DNA of 64,000 nucleotides from contig CABZXY010000001.1 of the NCBI GenBank assembly GCA_902529795.1, forward strand, positions 75,306-139,305, written 5' to 3'. A model generated the notes under the pieces. That model made no database searches, was not told where the DNA came from, and saw nothing but the letters and a program-made list of their open reading frames with translations. The stretch is from an uncultured Alphaproteobacteria bacterium. Its GTDB lineage: Bacteria > Pseudomonadota > Alphaproteobacteria > HIMB59. The first letter of the stretch is position 1. Each line of letters opens with the position of its first letter. Shown in pieces: positions 33,308 to 42,958 of this stretch. Made by a program: the position numbers and the translations under genes.

Positions 33308-34558
33308 TTGGATAATAAAAAAAATAAATTTCTCTTTGTAAATTCCTCGGATTTTTTACTTATTCGTTTGATTGCCTTTGTGGGACAGGGAATTACTTTA
33401 GGTGTAACACAATATTTTTTTGATATAACAGAATTTGTAACCCTCTCTTCATGGGCTGTAGCGATCTTACTTCTTCTAAGCGTGGGCTTAGCCTACTATC
33501 TTTTAAATCGTGGAGATAAAATATTATCAGAGCGGCAAATCTTTCTTTTTTTATGTTTTGATATCTTGCAAATATCATTACTTATTGGACTTAATGGAGG
33601 ATACACCAATCCTTTTATTTTTATCATTTTGGCACCCATCGCTATCGCAGCTTCTTATCTTACGATAGAAAGAATTTTAGTTATTCTTAGTTTGTCTCTT
33701 GTATGTTTTGCACTGATCTTTAATTTTTATATAGATTTGCCTTTATCTGTTCGCCCAGATATTAATATCAATTACAGTTTAGCTATTATGATTTCTTTAT
33801 TCATTAGTAGCATTTTTTTAGTTTTTTATTTGTATTACTTTTCTTTGAATTACAAAAATACTCAAACAGCATATGAGCTTGCGAGCAAACAACTTCAAGA
33901 TGAAAAAGAACTTTTAAAAGTAGGAGGGCTTGCCGCCGCTGCCGTTCATGAGCTTGGGACACCTTTAAATACTATTAATTTAATTGTAGGAGATTTTGAT
34001 CAGGATAAAGATCTCAAGAAAAAATATGGAGAAGATATCGATACTTTAAAAATTGAACTAGAGCGATGTAAAGCTATATTAAAAGAACTTTCTACAAACC
34101 CGGAGTCTAAAGAGCTTTCTTCTGAAATAAGCAATATGTCATTAGATGCTTATACTCAATCCTTGTGTGAACAATTTTCAGGTAATTATCGAGCGATTAA
34201 TCTCGATTATCGCTCAGATGAAAAATCAAAATCGATCAATATTCAAATCACCCCTGAACTTAATATTGCAATGAACAATATTATCAAAAATGCTATCAGC
34301 TTTGCCTATAATGAGATTTTAGTCCTCGCCGAAGCGACAGATAAGGAATATTTCATCAAAATCCGCGATGATGGACCTGGTTTTGATAAAAAGTTTATAG
34401 CTAATTTTGGTAAACCATTCTATTCTAGCCGACCTGAAAAAGGGGTAAATATGGGCCTTGGCCTGTTTATAACTAAACAAATGATTGAAAATCTAAATGG
34501 CGAAATTTCAGTACAAAATAATAATGGAGCAGAAGTAATATTGACATGGCAGATCTAG
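33308..34558 (+). CDS. regB: RegB/PrrB/ActS redox sensor kinase
   Basis: GGYTNPF quinone-binding motif, AAAAVHELGTPL H-box, ERC redox Cys, G boxes. Confidence 0.9.
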   Translation: MDNKKNKFLFVNSSDFLLIRLIAFVGQGITLGVTQYFFDITEFVTLSSWAVAILLLLSVGLAYYLLNRGDKILSERQIFLFLCFDILQISLLIGLNGGYTNPFIFIILAPIAIAASYLTIERILVILSLSLVCFALIFNFYIDLPLSVRPDININYSLAIMISLFISSIFLVFYLYYFSLNYKNTQTAYELASKQLQDEKELLKVGGLAAAAVHELGTPLNTINLIVGDFDQDKDLKKKYGEDIDTLKIELERCKAILKELSTNPESKELSSEISNMSLDAYTQSLCEQFSGNYRAINLDYRSDEKSKSINIQITPELNIAMNNIIKNAISFAYNEILVLAEATDKEYFIKIRDDGPGFDKKFIANFGKPFYSSRPEKGVNMGLGLFITKQMIENLNGEISVQNNNGAEVILTWQI

Positions 34559-35103
34559 AACAAACCACCGAAAAAGAAAAAACACTATTTATCATTGAAG
34601 ACGACAAGCCTTTTCGTGAGCGCTTAACTACTTCTTTTCAACGTAAAGATTTTGTTGTGACTGCTGCTGCTAATAAAAAAGAAGCATTAGAAGTTTTAAC
34701 TCAAAATGATTTTAACTATGCAATCGTTGACCTTCGCCTCGGCGATGGTTCTGGATTAGATGTGATTAAAGTCATAAAGGAAAAAAATCCTGAGTGTCGA
34801 GCCGTGATGTTGACTAGTTATGGCAATATCGCAACAGCTGTATCCTCAGTGAAATTAGGCGCAGATGATTATCTTACCAAGCCCGCAAACATCGATGATA
34901 TCGAAAAATCTTTGATGTCTGCTACAGCTTCTTCCCTTCCACCACCACCAGAAAATCCAATGTCGGCGGATCGAATTCGTTGGGAGCATATTCAAAGAGT
35001 CTTTACTCAGTGTAATCGTAATGTCTCTGAAACAGCCAGACGATTAAAAATGCACAGAAGAACTTTACAGCGAATTTTAAATAAACACGCCCCTAAAGAA
35101 TAG
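34546..35103 (+). CDS. regA: RegA/PrrA/ActR response regulator
   Basis: PPPPENPMSADRIRWEHIQRV...NVSETARRLKMHRRTLQRIL. Confidence 0.95.
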   Translation: MADLEQTTEKEKTLFIIEDDKPFRERLTTSFQRKDFVVTAAANKKEALEVLTQNDFNYAIVDLRLGDGSGLDVIKVIKEKNPECRAVMLTSYGNIATAVSSVKLGADDYLTKPANIDDIEKSLMSATASSLPPPPENPMSADRIRWEHIQRVFTQCNRNVSETARRLKMHRRTLQRILNKHAPKE

Positions 35104-35135
35104 TATCTCGTTTTATTCTCTGCTATCTTATCTAG

Positions 35136-37814
35136 ATGTCTGAGTCCCGATTAATTCTTGTTGACGGTTCAGGTTATATTTTCAGAGCGTACTATGCGCT
35201 TCCCCCTATGAATAATTCCAAAGGCATTCCTACTAATGCTGTTTATGGTTTTTGTAACATGATGTTACGTCTTATCGACGAACATCCTAATGATAAAATT
35301 TTAATTATTCTCGATGCGGGTAAAAACACTTTCCGGAATACTCTTTATCCGGAATATAAAGCTAATCGCAGTGAAGCGCCAGAGGATCTTATTCCTCAGT
35401 TTGGAATTATTCGTGAGGCAATTGATGCTTTCGGTTTAGATGTTATTGAAAAAAAAGATTTTGAGGCTGATGATATTATTGCCAGTTATGTTCGCTATGG
35501 TGAAGTGAATAAAATTCCAACAACGGTTTTCAGCTCCGATAAAGATTTATTCCAATTACTTTCTGCCAATACCCGAATTATGGATCCCATGAAAAATGTA
35601 GAAATTGATGAAGCCAAAGTGATGGATAAGTTTGGTGTGGGCCCTGATAAAATCACTGACGTTCAAGCATTAATTGGTGATAGTGTTGATAATATTCCTG
35701 GCGTACCTGGTATTGGCCCTAAAACAGCTGCAAAATTAATAAATGAATTCGGTACTTTTGATGAGCTTTTAGCAAATAAAGATCAAATTTCTAATGTTCG
35801 TATTAAAAATCTCATCCATGATCATGAGGAGTCAGCTAAAATTAGCCATCAGTTAGTCATTTTAAAAAATGATCTGGAATTACCAATTCAAATTGAAAAA
35901 TTAAAAAACTTTGATGACTCCCCAAAGTTAAATGAATTCTTTAAAAAATATGAATTTAAATCGCTTATTAGAACGAATGCTCATGAAACCAAACCTCATG
36001 CTGCCAAAAAAGATATAGAATTTAAATCACTTATTAAAACACTGGAGATCATCGAATATCTGCAAAGCCTTCAAACAGAAAGAACGCTCGCGATTGATCT
36101 TGAAACAGACAGTCTTGATGTTAATCAGGCAAATATAATTGGCATATCCTTATCAAATGCAGATCAGGCTTATTATATTCCTTTTAAATCTCCAGAAAAT
36201 GAATTGTCCTCTAAAGATCAAGTAAAAATTCTAAAAGAGCTTAATCTTTTATGTGAAGATCCCTCAATTTTAAAAATTTTTCATAATGCTAAATACGATA
36301 GTGTTATTTTAAAACGCTTTCATGTAAATACAGTTTCATTTCAAGATACATTGTTAATGTCTTTTTTTATTAACAACGGTCTGACTAAACATAACTTAGA
36401 GGATTTGTATTATTATTACTTTGGTGAGGAAAAAGAAAAATTCAAAGATGTCATTAAAAATGAGTCCAAAAGAAATTATAAAGATTTCTCTGAAGTGCCT
36501 TTAAAAGCTGCCACGAATTATGCTGCTCATGATGCATATGCCACGCATAAATTATATGAAGCGCTGCAACAACAAATTTCAGAAGCCCCTGACAGTTGGA
36601 TATATTATGATATTGATAAAAAACTTAGTTTGGTTCTCCAAGAAGTAGAAAGTAATGGTTGTAAAATTGATTTAAAATTTATAACGAAGCTAGAAAAAGA
36701 CTTAAATAAAGAAATTGAAAATATCGAAAAAAAGATTTTCAAAATTTCAGGTGAAGAATTTAATATTGGTTCCCCGAAGCAATTAACTGAAATATTTAAA
36801 AAACTTGACGTCAAAGTTACTAAAAAAACAAAAGCGGGGGACTTTCAAACTAATGTCAAAGTTCTCGAGCAATTAGAGTCTGAGGGCGTTGAAATCGCCT
36901 CTCATATTTTGCAGTGGCGACAGTACTCCAAGCTAGTCTCAACATACACCTCATCCCTCGCTGAACACGCTGATAGTAATGACCGTGTTCATAGCACCTT
37001 TAATATCGCTGCCACAATCACTGGACGATTAAGCTCCTCTGAGCCTAATCTTCAAAATATTCCTATCAGAACAGAAATTGGAAAGAAGATCAGAACAGCC
37101 TTTATTGCTGAAAAAGATTATGAACTATACAGTTTTGATTATTCTCAAATTGAACTTCGGGTTCTTTGTGAGGCTTGTGAGGACCCTAATTTATTAAAGG
37201 CATTTCAAGAAGATCAAGATATTCATCAAAGCACTGGAGAGCTAGTCTTTAATAAAAAGACAATCAACGATAACGATCGCCGAATGGCTAAAATTATTAA
37301 TTTTGGAATTATCTATGGCATTAGCCAGTATGGCCTTGCAAAGCAATTAGGCGTTAGCAACGCTGAAGCAAAGCTATTCATAGATAATTATTTTCAAAAA
37401 TTTCCTAAAATTAATGATCTTATGAAATCTACAGTCGATAAAGCAAAAAAGTTAGGATATGTTGAAAATCTTTTTGGAAGAAAATCTCATATTAAAGATA
37501 TCAATGCGAAAAACTTTATGCTGCGTTCCTTTGCAGAAAGACAGGCAATTAATGCCCCCATTCAAGGCACTGCTTCTGAGTTAATTAAAATAGCAATGCT
37601 TGATATTCAAGATTATTTACAACAAAATAAATGCAAATCCAAAATGACCTCTCAAGTACATGATGAACTTTTATTTGAAATTCATAAAGACGAAAAAGAT
37701 CTTATTTCTCAAATTGCTAATCTGATGGAAACATCACATCAAAAATACAAATCTTTTAAAACTCCAATTAAAGTTGATTTTGGTGGTGGATCAAACTGGG
37801 GACTAGCTCATTAA
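35136..37814 (+). CDS. polA: DNA polymerase I
   Basis: 5'-3' exonuclease (DGSGYIFRAY, EADD), DLET proofreading motif, TGRLSSSEPNLQNIP, DYSQIELR, QVHDEL. Confidence 0.97.
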   Translation: MSESRLILVDGSGYIFRAYYALPPMNNSKGIPTNAVYGFCNMMLRLIDEHPNDKILIILDAGKNTFRNTLYPEYKANRSEAPEDLIPQFGIIREAIDAFGLDVIEKKDFEADDIIASYVRYGEVNKIPTTVFSSDKDLFQLLSANTRIMDPMKNVEIDEAKVMDKFGVGPDKITDVQALIGDSVDNIPGVPGIGPKTAAKLINEFGTFDELLANKDQISNVRIKNLIHDHEESAKISHQLVILKNDLELPIQIEKLKNFDDSPKLNEFFKKYEFKSLIRTNAHETKPHAAKKDIEFKSLIKTLEIIEYLQSLQTERTLAIDLETDSLDVNQANIIGISLSNADQAYYIPFKSPENELSSKDQVKILKELNLLCEDPSILKIFHNAKYDSVILKRFHVNTVSFQDTLLMSFFINNGLTKHNLEDLYYYYFGEEKEKFKDVIKNESKRNYKDFSEVPLKAATNYAAHDAYATHKLYEALQQQISEAPDSWIYYDIDKKLSLVLQEVESNGCKIDLKFITKLEKDLNKEIENIEKKIFKISGEEFNIGSPKQLTEIFKKLDVKVTKKTKAGDFQTNVKVLEQLESEGVEIASHILQWRQYSKLVSTYTSSLAEHADSNDRVHSTFNIAATITGRLSSSEPNLQNIPIRTEIGKKIRTAFIAEKDYELYSFDYSQIELRVLCEACEDPNLLKAFQEDQDIHQSTGELVFNKKTINDNDRRMAKIINFGIIYGISQYGLAKQLGVSNAEAKLFIDNYFQKFPKINDLMKSTVDKAKKLGYVENLFGRKSHIKDINAKNFMLRSFAERQAINAPIQGTASELIKIAMLDIQDYLQQNKCKSKMTSQVHDELLFEIHKDEKDLISQIANLMETSHQKYKSFKTPIKVDFGGGSNWGLAH

Positions 37815-37815
37815 A

Positions 37816-38313
37816 TCAATCTACAAATTTGATTAGTTTGTTAATATAGTCTTTTGATTCCCATCTTTTAAGTAATTTGCCAATGTCATGTGTTGAATCT
37901 AAAATGAATTGATCAATAACTTCTTTATATTTAGCGCCTAGAGAAATTGATTTGTTAGATTGAAAACCAAGTATTTGTAATTCAATTAAACCATCAACCT
38001 TTCTTTTGACTGTTTCTCTGGGTAGATCTAACGCTGAAGCAATACTGGTTACTGTAAGCTTGACCGTACTAGGAGTTTTATCTTTGATTGAATTTTCAAA
38101 TTTAAAGGATAGTTGTTTGAAAGATTTTTGATCATCTTTGTGTATTTGATTTAAATGATAGCCAAATACTATGTGTATGATCATAAAGCTGTCATAATCT
38201 ATTTTGAGATTTTTCTTAACACGGAGAAACAGGTTAATCAGAAACAGTGACCACTGGTACATCCCTGCAGAAAAGTCAGGGGCCTCTGGTTTTTTGAGTT
38301 CTTTTTTATCCAT
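37816..38313 (-). CDS. Hypothetical winged-helix DNA-binding protein
   Basis: KLTVTSIASALDLPRETVKRKVDGL HTH-like segment; overlaps the MFS stop. Confidence 0.65.
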   Translation of the reverse strand: MDKKELKKPEAPDFSAGMYQWSLFLINLFLRVKKNLKIDYDSFMIIHIVFGYHLNQIHKDDQKSFKQLSFKFENSIKDKTPSTVKLTVTSIASALDLPRETVKRKVDGLIELQILGFQSNKSISLGAKYKEVIDQFILDSTHDIGKLLKRWESKDYINKLIKFVD

Positions 38314-39538
38314 CTTCTTTAACCTTCATCATGAAAATAAAACCTAAAATAAATAATATTACGCAGGAAAGTAGACCAACGCGTTGTGAAAATAAGAATG
38401 TCATAGTACCGACGAGAAGAGGCCCTAGAAAAGAAGTAATCCTTCCTGAAAAAGCAAATAATCCAAAACCTTTCCCAACATTACCTGAGTCGAGAAGTAG
38501 AGTCATCATCACTCTACTTGCACTTTGTATGGTGCCTAAGAAGATAGAAATAACCATAACGCCAAAGAAAAATTGCATTTTAGTTTGAGCGATCATGGAA
38601 ATAAAAACCACACATAAAATTAAAGCAGTGATGCAAACTTGAATAATTTTTTTAGATGAAAATTTATCATTTAGATATCCCCCAATAATAACACCTATAA
38701 ATGCTACAATATTTGCAGCGATAGCCATTTGAATAATTTCTTGAAAATTATAGCCAAAAACACCAGTGGCAAAGACACCACCACCACTAATAAGCACAAT
38801 TAATGCATCAGCATAAAGCATTCTTGCAAATAAAAACTTTCCTATCACGGTAAATTTTTTTTGCCATATCATTTGAAATAATTCTTTAAAAATATTTATA
38901 GAGTTGTTTTGCTGAGCATTTTGATTTTGATCTGAAAATTTAAATAATATAGGAATAGAGAAAATGAAAAACCATATCACAACAACAAAAGAGGTGAAGC
39001 GAACATGTTCAAAATTGTTTTTATCTAAATTAAATAAACTTTTTTCTGGTAATATAAAAAAATATAAGACTATTAAGAGAATGGGAACTGTTCCAAGATA
39101 GCCCAGCCCAAACCCCAAACCTGAAGTTTTGCCTAACTCTTTTAAAGGTGCTGATTGTTTTAAAAGAGAATTATAAAAAACTTGTGCTATCTCGTAACAA
39201 TAATTAGATAATAAAAAAACAATGAGTGTAAAAAAAATATAATCAACACTAGGAAGAGCAAACCAAAAAAGGCACGTGATTGCTAAACATAAAAAAGTAA
39301 ATACTCGTAAAAAATAGACTAAGCCTCCTTTTTGTCTATCAGCTATACTTCCTAATAGAGGTCCTGATACTGCAATTATCAATCCACATACTCCAGCAGT
39401 CCATTGCCAATAAGCTGCCCCTAATTGAATATCACCAACTACTTGTCTTGCAAAATAAGTAGATATGACAAATGTTATTATGATTGCAGAATAAGAAGAA
39501 TTGGCTAGGTCATACAATCCATAAATTATTTTTTTCAT
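38306..39538 (-). CDS. MFS transporter (UMF1/Atg22-like)
   Basis: YDLANSSY, FYNSLL, GFGLGYLG, QSASR; about 12 TM segments. Confidence 0.85.
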   Translation of the reverse strand: MKKIIYGLYDLANSSYSAIIITFVISTYFARQVVGDIQLGAAYWQWTAGVCGLIIAVSGPLLGSIADRQKGGLVYFLRVFTFLCLAITCLFWFALPSVDYIFFTLIVFLLSNYCYEIAQVFYNSLLKQSAPLKELGKTSGLGFGLGYLGTVPILLIVLYFFILPEKSLFNLDKNNFEHVRFTSFVVVIWFFIFSIPILFKFSDQNQNAQQNNSINIFKELFQMIWQKKFTVIGKFLFARMLYADALIVLISGGGVFATGVFGYNFQEIIQMAIAANIVAFIGVIIGGYLNDKFSSKKIIQVCITALILCVVFISMIAQTKMQFFFGVMVISIFLGTIQSASRVMMTLLLDSGNVGKGFGLFAFSGRITSFLGPLLVGTMTFLFSQRVGLLSCVILFILGFIFMMKVKEDG

Positions 39539-39550
39539 TATTATTTATTC

Positions 39551-39792
39551 AACACTATTTTGGTGTTTATAGATTTTATATAATCACCATTATGGTGAAT
39601 TTATAAGCTTTAAAAATACTTATCAATATCATAATGGTAATAAAATCAATGATTTTCTAAAATACCTTACTTTAGTAAGGTAACCACAAGGGATTTTGCT
39701 TATTAGTAATAGAGGAGGTGGAAGAAAATTTATGTATTTAATTGTATTAATTCAAAAATAAAAAAAAATATTCTCTCTCACCAAAATGGGGA
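39551..39792. repeat. Cluster of CACCA-W3-TGGTG palindromes (putative operators)
   Basis: AACACTATTTTGGTGTT (39551-39567), TCACCATTATGGTGA (39584-39598), TATCATAATGGTA (39627-39639), TCACCAAAATGGGGA (39778-39792). Confidence 0.6.
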
Positions 39793-39839
39793 CTAAGACA
39801 GATGATTAATATAAAAATAGAAAATATATTTTCTATCTT

Positions 39840-40175
39840 ATGGAAGTTAAATCTAATTTAGAAAATTTTGAATTTTCAAGCTACTTAATTGCATTATCAA
39901 AAATTAGAAGAAAAAAATTTAATTTTTCATTTATCAAGAAAAAATTAAGCATATCTGCTTATCAGCTAGATTTGTTAGAACAGGGAATTTTTAATTTTTT
40001 ACCGTTCCCTTATAATTATCATATTACAAAACAATATGTTGAGATTGTAGCACCTTCAGATATTTTCAAAATCAAAGAAGAAATTTTTTCCAATGCTCAA
40101 CAATTAAATGGCACATCCAATGATAGACAAAATACAGGAAAGTATGTTTATACAAATTTATTTGCAAAATTATGA
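39840..40175 (+). CDS. RodZ N-terminal-like HTH protein with no TM segment
   Basis: KKLSISAYQLDLLEQGIFNFLPFPYNYHITKQY resembles the RodZ/HTH_25 pattern L.I...YL.ALE.G.F..LP...Y.......Y. Confidence 0.55.
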   Translation: MEVKSNLENFEFSSYLIALSKIRRKKFNFSFIKKKLSISAYQLDLLEQGIFNFLPFPYNYHITKQYVEIVAPSDIFKIKEEIFSNAQQLNGTSNDRQNTGKYVYTNLFAKL

Positions 40176-40214
40176 AAAATAATCATCTTGTCTATATTTG
40201 TAATAAATTAACTA

Positions 40215-40649
40215 ATGTCTGAAGCAGAAAACGAAACACAAGAAATCGTAAATCACGATTTAAATTCTAATGACTCAAAAACAATAGTCATTGGTTCTGG
40301 AGTTAGAATGGAAGGCAAAATTGATGGAGCTATGAATTCGGATATTTCAGGAACCTTTAATGGTAAAATCAAATCCGACTCAATAAACATTTCTCCATCA
40401 GGAGTTTTAGTAGGTGATATAATAGGAAGTGAAGTAAATGTTTCTGGAAAAGTCGAAGGCACAATTAGTTCAGATGAACAACTGAATATTTCATCATCAG
40501 CAGATGTCAAAGGAACAATTGAGTATACTTCGCTTAAAGCTAGTTATGGTGCAAAAATTCAAGGGAAGGTCAGTCACAAAGGAATAGTCCACTCTATTAA
40601 AAGTGTAGAGGATGAATTACCCAATATGATTGATGAGAATAAAATTTAA
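40215..40649 (+). CDS. Bactofilin (polymer-forming cytoskeletal protein)
   Basis: Beta-helix repeats VIGSGVRMEGKI, ISGTFNGKI, VSGKVEGTI, ADVKGTI, GAKIQGKV. Confidence 0.88.
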   Translation: MSEAENETQEIVNHDLNSNDSKTIVIGSGVRMEGKIDGAMNSDISGTFNGKIKSDSINISPSGVLVGDIIGSEVNVSGKVEGTISSDEQLNISSSADVKGTIEYTSLKASYGAKIQGKVSHKGIVHSIKSVEDELPNMIDENKI

Positions 40650-41035
40650 TGTCTATTTTTGGTAATAAAGATGAAAAAGAAAATAAATCAGAGGAAAGAT
40701 TTAATTTTTTACTTGATCAGCAACATGAAATTAATCAATCAACCTTAGCTAAGGATATCCAAATTCATGGTTCTATTGAAGCTAAAGATTATATCAATTT
40801 TGATGGAAGTATTAATGGGACTATAAAGGCAAAAACGGTTAACCTTGGAACCGCTTCCTATATGAAAGGTACTGTCTCCGCAGATCATGTCACAATTGAG
40901 GGTGAGGTAGATGGCGATATACAAGGAAAAGATGTTTACATTGAATCATCAGCAAAAATCAAAGGAACAATAAGATACTCAAATATTGATATACAAGACG
41001 GCAGCATTATTAACGCAGATTTAACCTACTACTAA
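40649..41035 (+). CDS. Bactofilin (second copy)
   Basis: IHGSI, FDGSINGTI, IEGEVDGDI, AKIKGTIRY, IQDGSIINA. Confidence 0.88.
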   Translation: MSIFGNKDEKENKSEERFNFLLDQQHEINQSTLAKDIQIHGSIEAKDYINFDGSINGTIKAKTVNLGTASYMKGTVSADHVTIEGEVDGDIQGKDVYIESSAKIKGTIRYSNIDIQDGSIINADLTYY

Positions 41036-41061
41036 TTTCAACTTTATAAATATTGATCAAA

Positions 41062-41076
41062 TCACCATTTTGGTGA
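41062..41076. repeat. Fifth copy of the CACCA-W3-TGGTG palindrome
   Basis: TCACCATTTTGGTGA in the convergent intergenic region after the second bactofilin. Confidence 0.6.
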
Positions 41077-41132
41077 CATAGATAATAAAAATACCGGATT
41101 TGAATATAGTCTTGATTATTAAAATTTAATTT

Positions 41133-41696
41133 TTACCAAGAAGAATTAGGACCTTTAAGAAATTCGATTTCCTCTGGTGTCGATTTTCGATTGAGAATTT
41201 CATTTCGATGGGGGTATCGTCCAAACTTTTTGATTACTACAGTATGATCGTTCCATGATTTTTTAATATGTTCATAATTCGGGTTATCTTTTAAAAAAAC
41301 CTCACCTAATTGATGAAGATAAATATGATCTTGTAAATCTTCACTGTGAATTAAAGGCAGGAGATAAAAAAATTTTTCAGAAGTTTCTAGTTCATCCAAG
41401 TATTGTCGATCAACTCCCTCAGTCACGAGAAGTCTTGCTTTGGTATCTTGAGAGTAGGATTTGGGATCGTTGCGAAATAAGTTTCTTGAGAATTGATCGA
41501 GAAGAATGATAAGAGCTAAGCTGCTTTTCGCTTCATCTTGCCAATCATCATATTCATTTTTGATTGCTTTCTCGACATCAACTAAAAATCGATCTCTGAT
41601 TTTTTGATCGTATTCATCATTTTTAGCCCAATGATCTTTGGAACTCGACTCTTTGAACCAGAAATCAAGAACTTCATGATATTTTGTCAGTGACAC
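41133..41696 (-). CDS. DUF924 family protein
   Basis: VLDFWF, LALIILLDQFSRNLFR, LPLIHSE, KFGRYPHRNEILNRKSTPEE. Confidence 0.88.
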   Translation of the reverse strand: MSLTKYHEVLDFWFKESSSKDHWAKNDEYDQKIRDRFLVDVEKAIKNEYDDWQDEAKSSLALIILLDQFSRNLFRNDPKSYSQDTKARLLVTEGVDRQYLDELETSEKFFYLLPLIHSEDLQDHIYLHQLGEVFLKDNPNYEHIKKSWNDHTVVIKKFGRYPHRNEILNRKSTPEEIEFLKGPNSSW

Positions 41697-41935
41697 TAGA
41701 AGCTATCATCAGGTTTATTGAAGGCCATCCATTGTTCTAATTCAGTAAAACCGCCAATTTTCTCACCATTTATAATGATTTGTGGGAAGGTTTTTGCCGT
41801 CGGGAATACCTCGAAAAATTGCTCTCGATTAAAGTCCTCATCCAGTTTTAGAATTTTTGGATTATAAGGCTCTAATACAGCTTTGGCTCTGGTACAATAA
41901 ACACAATTCTCTTTTGTGTAGATAGTAGCGTCCAC
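41696..41935 (-). CDS. Glutaredoxin (likely RNR electron donor)
   Basis: CVYC active site, TFPQI, IGGFTEL; directly follows nrdB. Confidence 0.9.
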   Translation of the reverse strand: MDATIYTKENCVYCTRAKAVLEPYNPKILKLDEDFNREQFFEVFPTAKTFPQIIINGEKIGGFTELEQWMAFNKPDDSF

Positions 41936-42925
41936 TTAGAATGACTCATCAAAAGAGAGGGAGCGATCGGTTGGTCGCTGATATTCTGATACGCGCTTTT
42001 CAAAAAAGTTAGTAACGTTTTGAACATCCAGTGCTCTCATAAAATCAAAAGGATTTTCTGTGCCATAAACATGCTCAAATCCAAAAAGATCAGCAATACG
42101 ATCAGAGACAGCTTCAATGTACATACACATCATCTCTTTGTTCATTCCAATGAGATCAACAGGCAGAGCATCTGTCACAAATTCTTTTTCAAATTCTACA
42201 GCCTCTCTGACGATTTCTTCAAACTCTGATTGAGAGACGAGTCCCGGAATTAAATCCATGGATTTAATGTCTTCATCAGAAAGAGTACCATTATTAAACT
42301 TGGTGCTAAGAGTTTTGAACATTAAAGCGGAAAAGCTAAAGTGCATTCCCTCATCTCTCGCAATCCAGTCATTTGATAAAGCCAGACCTGGAAGCAGGCC
42401 TCTTTTTCTAAAGTAGTAGATCGCACAGAAAGAACCAGCAAAAAATAATCCTTCCACTAATCCAAATGCAATCAAACGTGTTAAAAGATTTTGTTTTCCA
42501 TTGAGCCATTTGGAAACCCATTGCGCTTTTTTATTAATACAGGGAACATTTTGAATAGCAGAGAATAACTTATCTTTTTCAGAAGGATCCTCGACATACG
42601 CTTCGATTTGAAGACCGTACATTTCAGCATGAATAGACTCATTGAGCATCTGCATCGTGATAAAAAGTCGAGATTCAGGGATTAAAATTTCATTATAGAA
42701 GCGAGATGCTAAGTTTTCATTGATCATCGCCTCAGAGTTAGCAAAAAAAGCTAAAACATGTTTGATGAAGTGCTTTTCACCCTCATTCAGGGTTTTGAGA
42801 TCACGAATATCGTCTTGAAGAGAAACTTCTTCGGGTGTCCAGAACGCTTGTACGTGTTGTTTATAACGATCCCAAATTTCTTGGTGTTGAATGGGAAAAA
42901 TAGATTTGCATCCTTTTGATATCAT
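41936..42925 (-). CDS. nrdB: Class I ribonucleotide reductase small subunit
   Basis: FWTPEEV, ESIHAEMY, VEGLFFAGSF, RDEGMH, TNFFEKRVSEYQ. Confidence 0.95.
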   Translation of the reverse strand: MISKGCKSIFPIQHQEIWDRYKQHVQAFWTPEEVSLQDDIRDLKTLNEGEKHFIKHVLAFFANSEAMINENLASRFYNEILIPESRLFITMQMLNESIHAEMYGLQIEAYVEDPSEKDKLFSAIQNVPCINKKAQWVSKWLNGKQNLLTRLIAFGLVEGLFFAGSFCAIYYFRKRGLLPGLALSNDWIARDEGMHFSFSALMFKTLSTKFNNGTLSDEDIKSMDLIPGLVSQSEFEEIVREAVEFEKEFVTDALPVDLIGMNKEMMCMYIEAVSDRIADLFGFEHVYGTENPFDFMRALDVQNVTNFFEKRVSEYQRPTDRSLSFDESF

Positions 42926-42958
42926 AATTGGCTCCTTGATATAATTTGATTAATTTTT

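Noticed and set aside
39539-41132. CRISPR array or IS ends as the explanation for the palindromes
   Set aside because: Repeats are only 13-17 bp, degenerate and irregularly spaced; no cas, transposase or recombinase gene nearby
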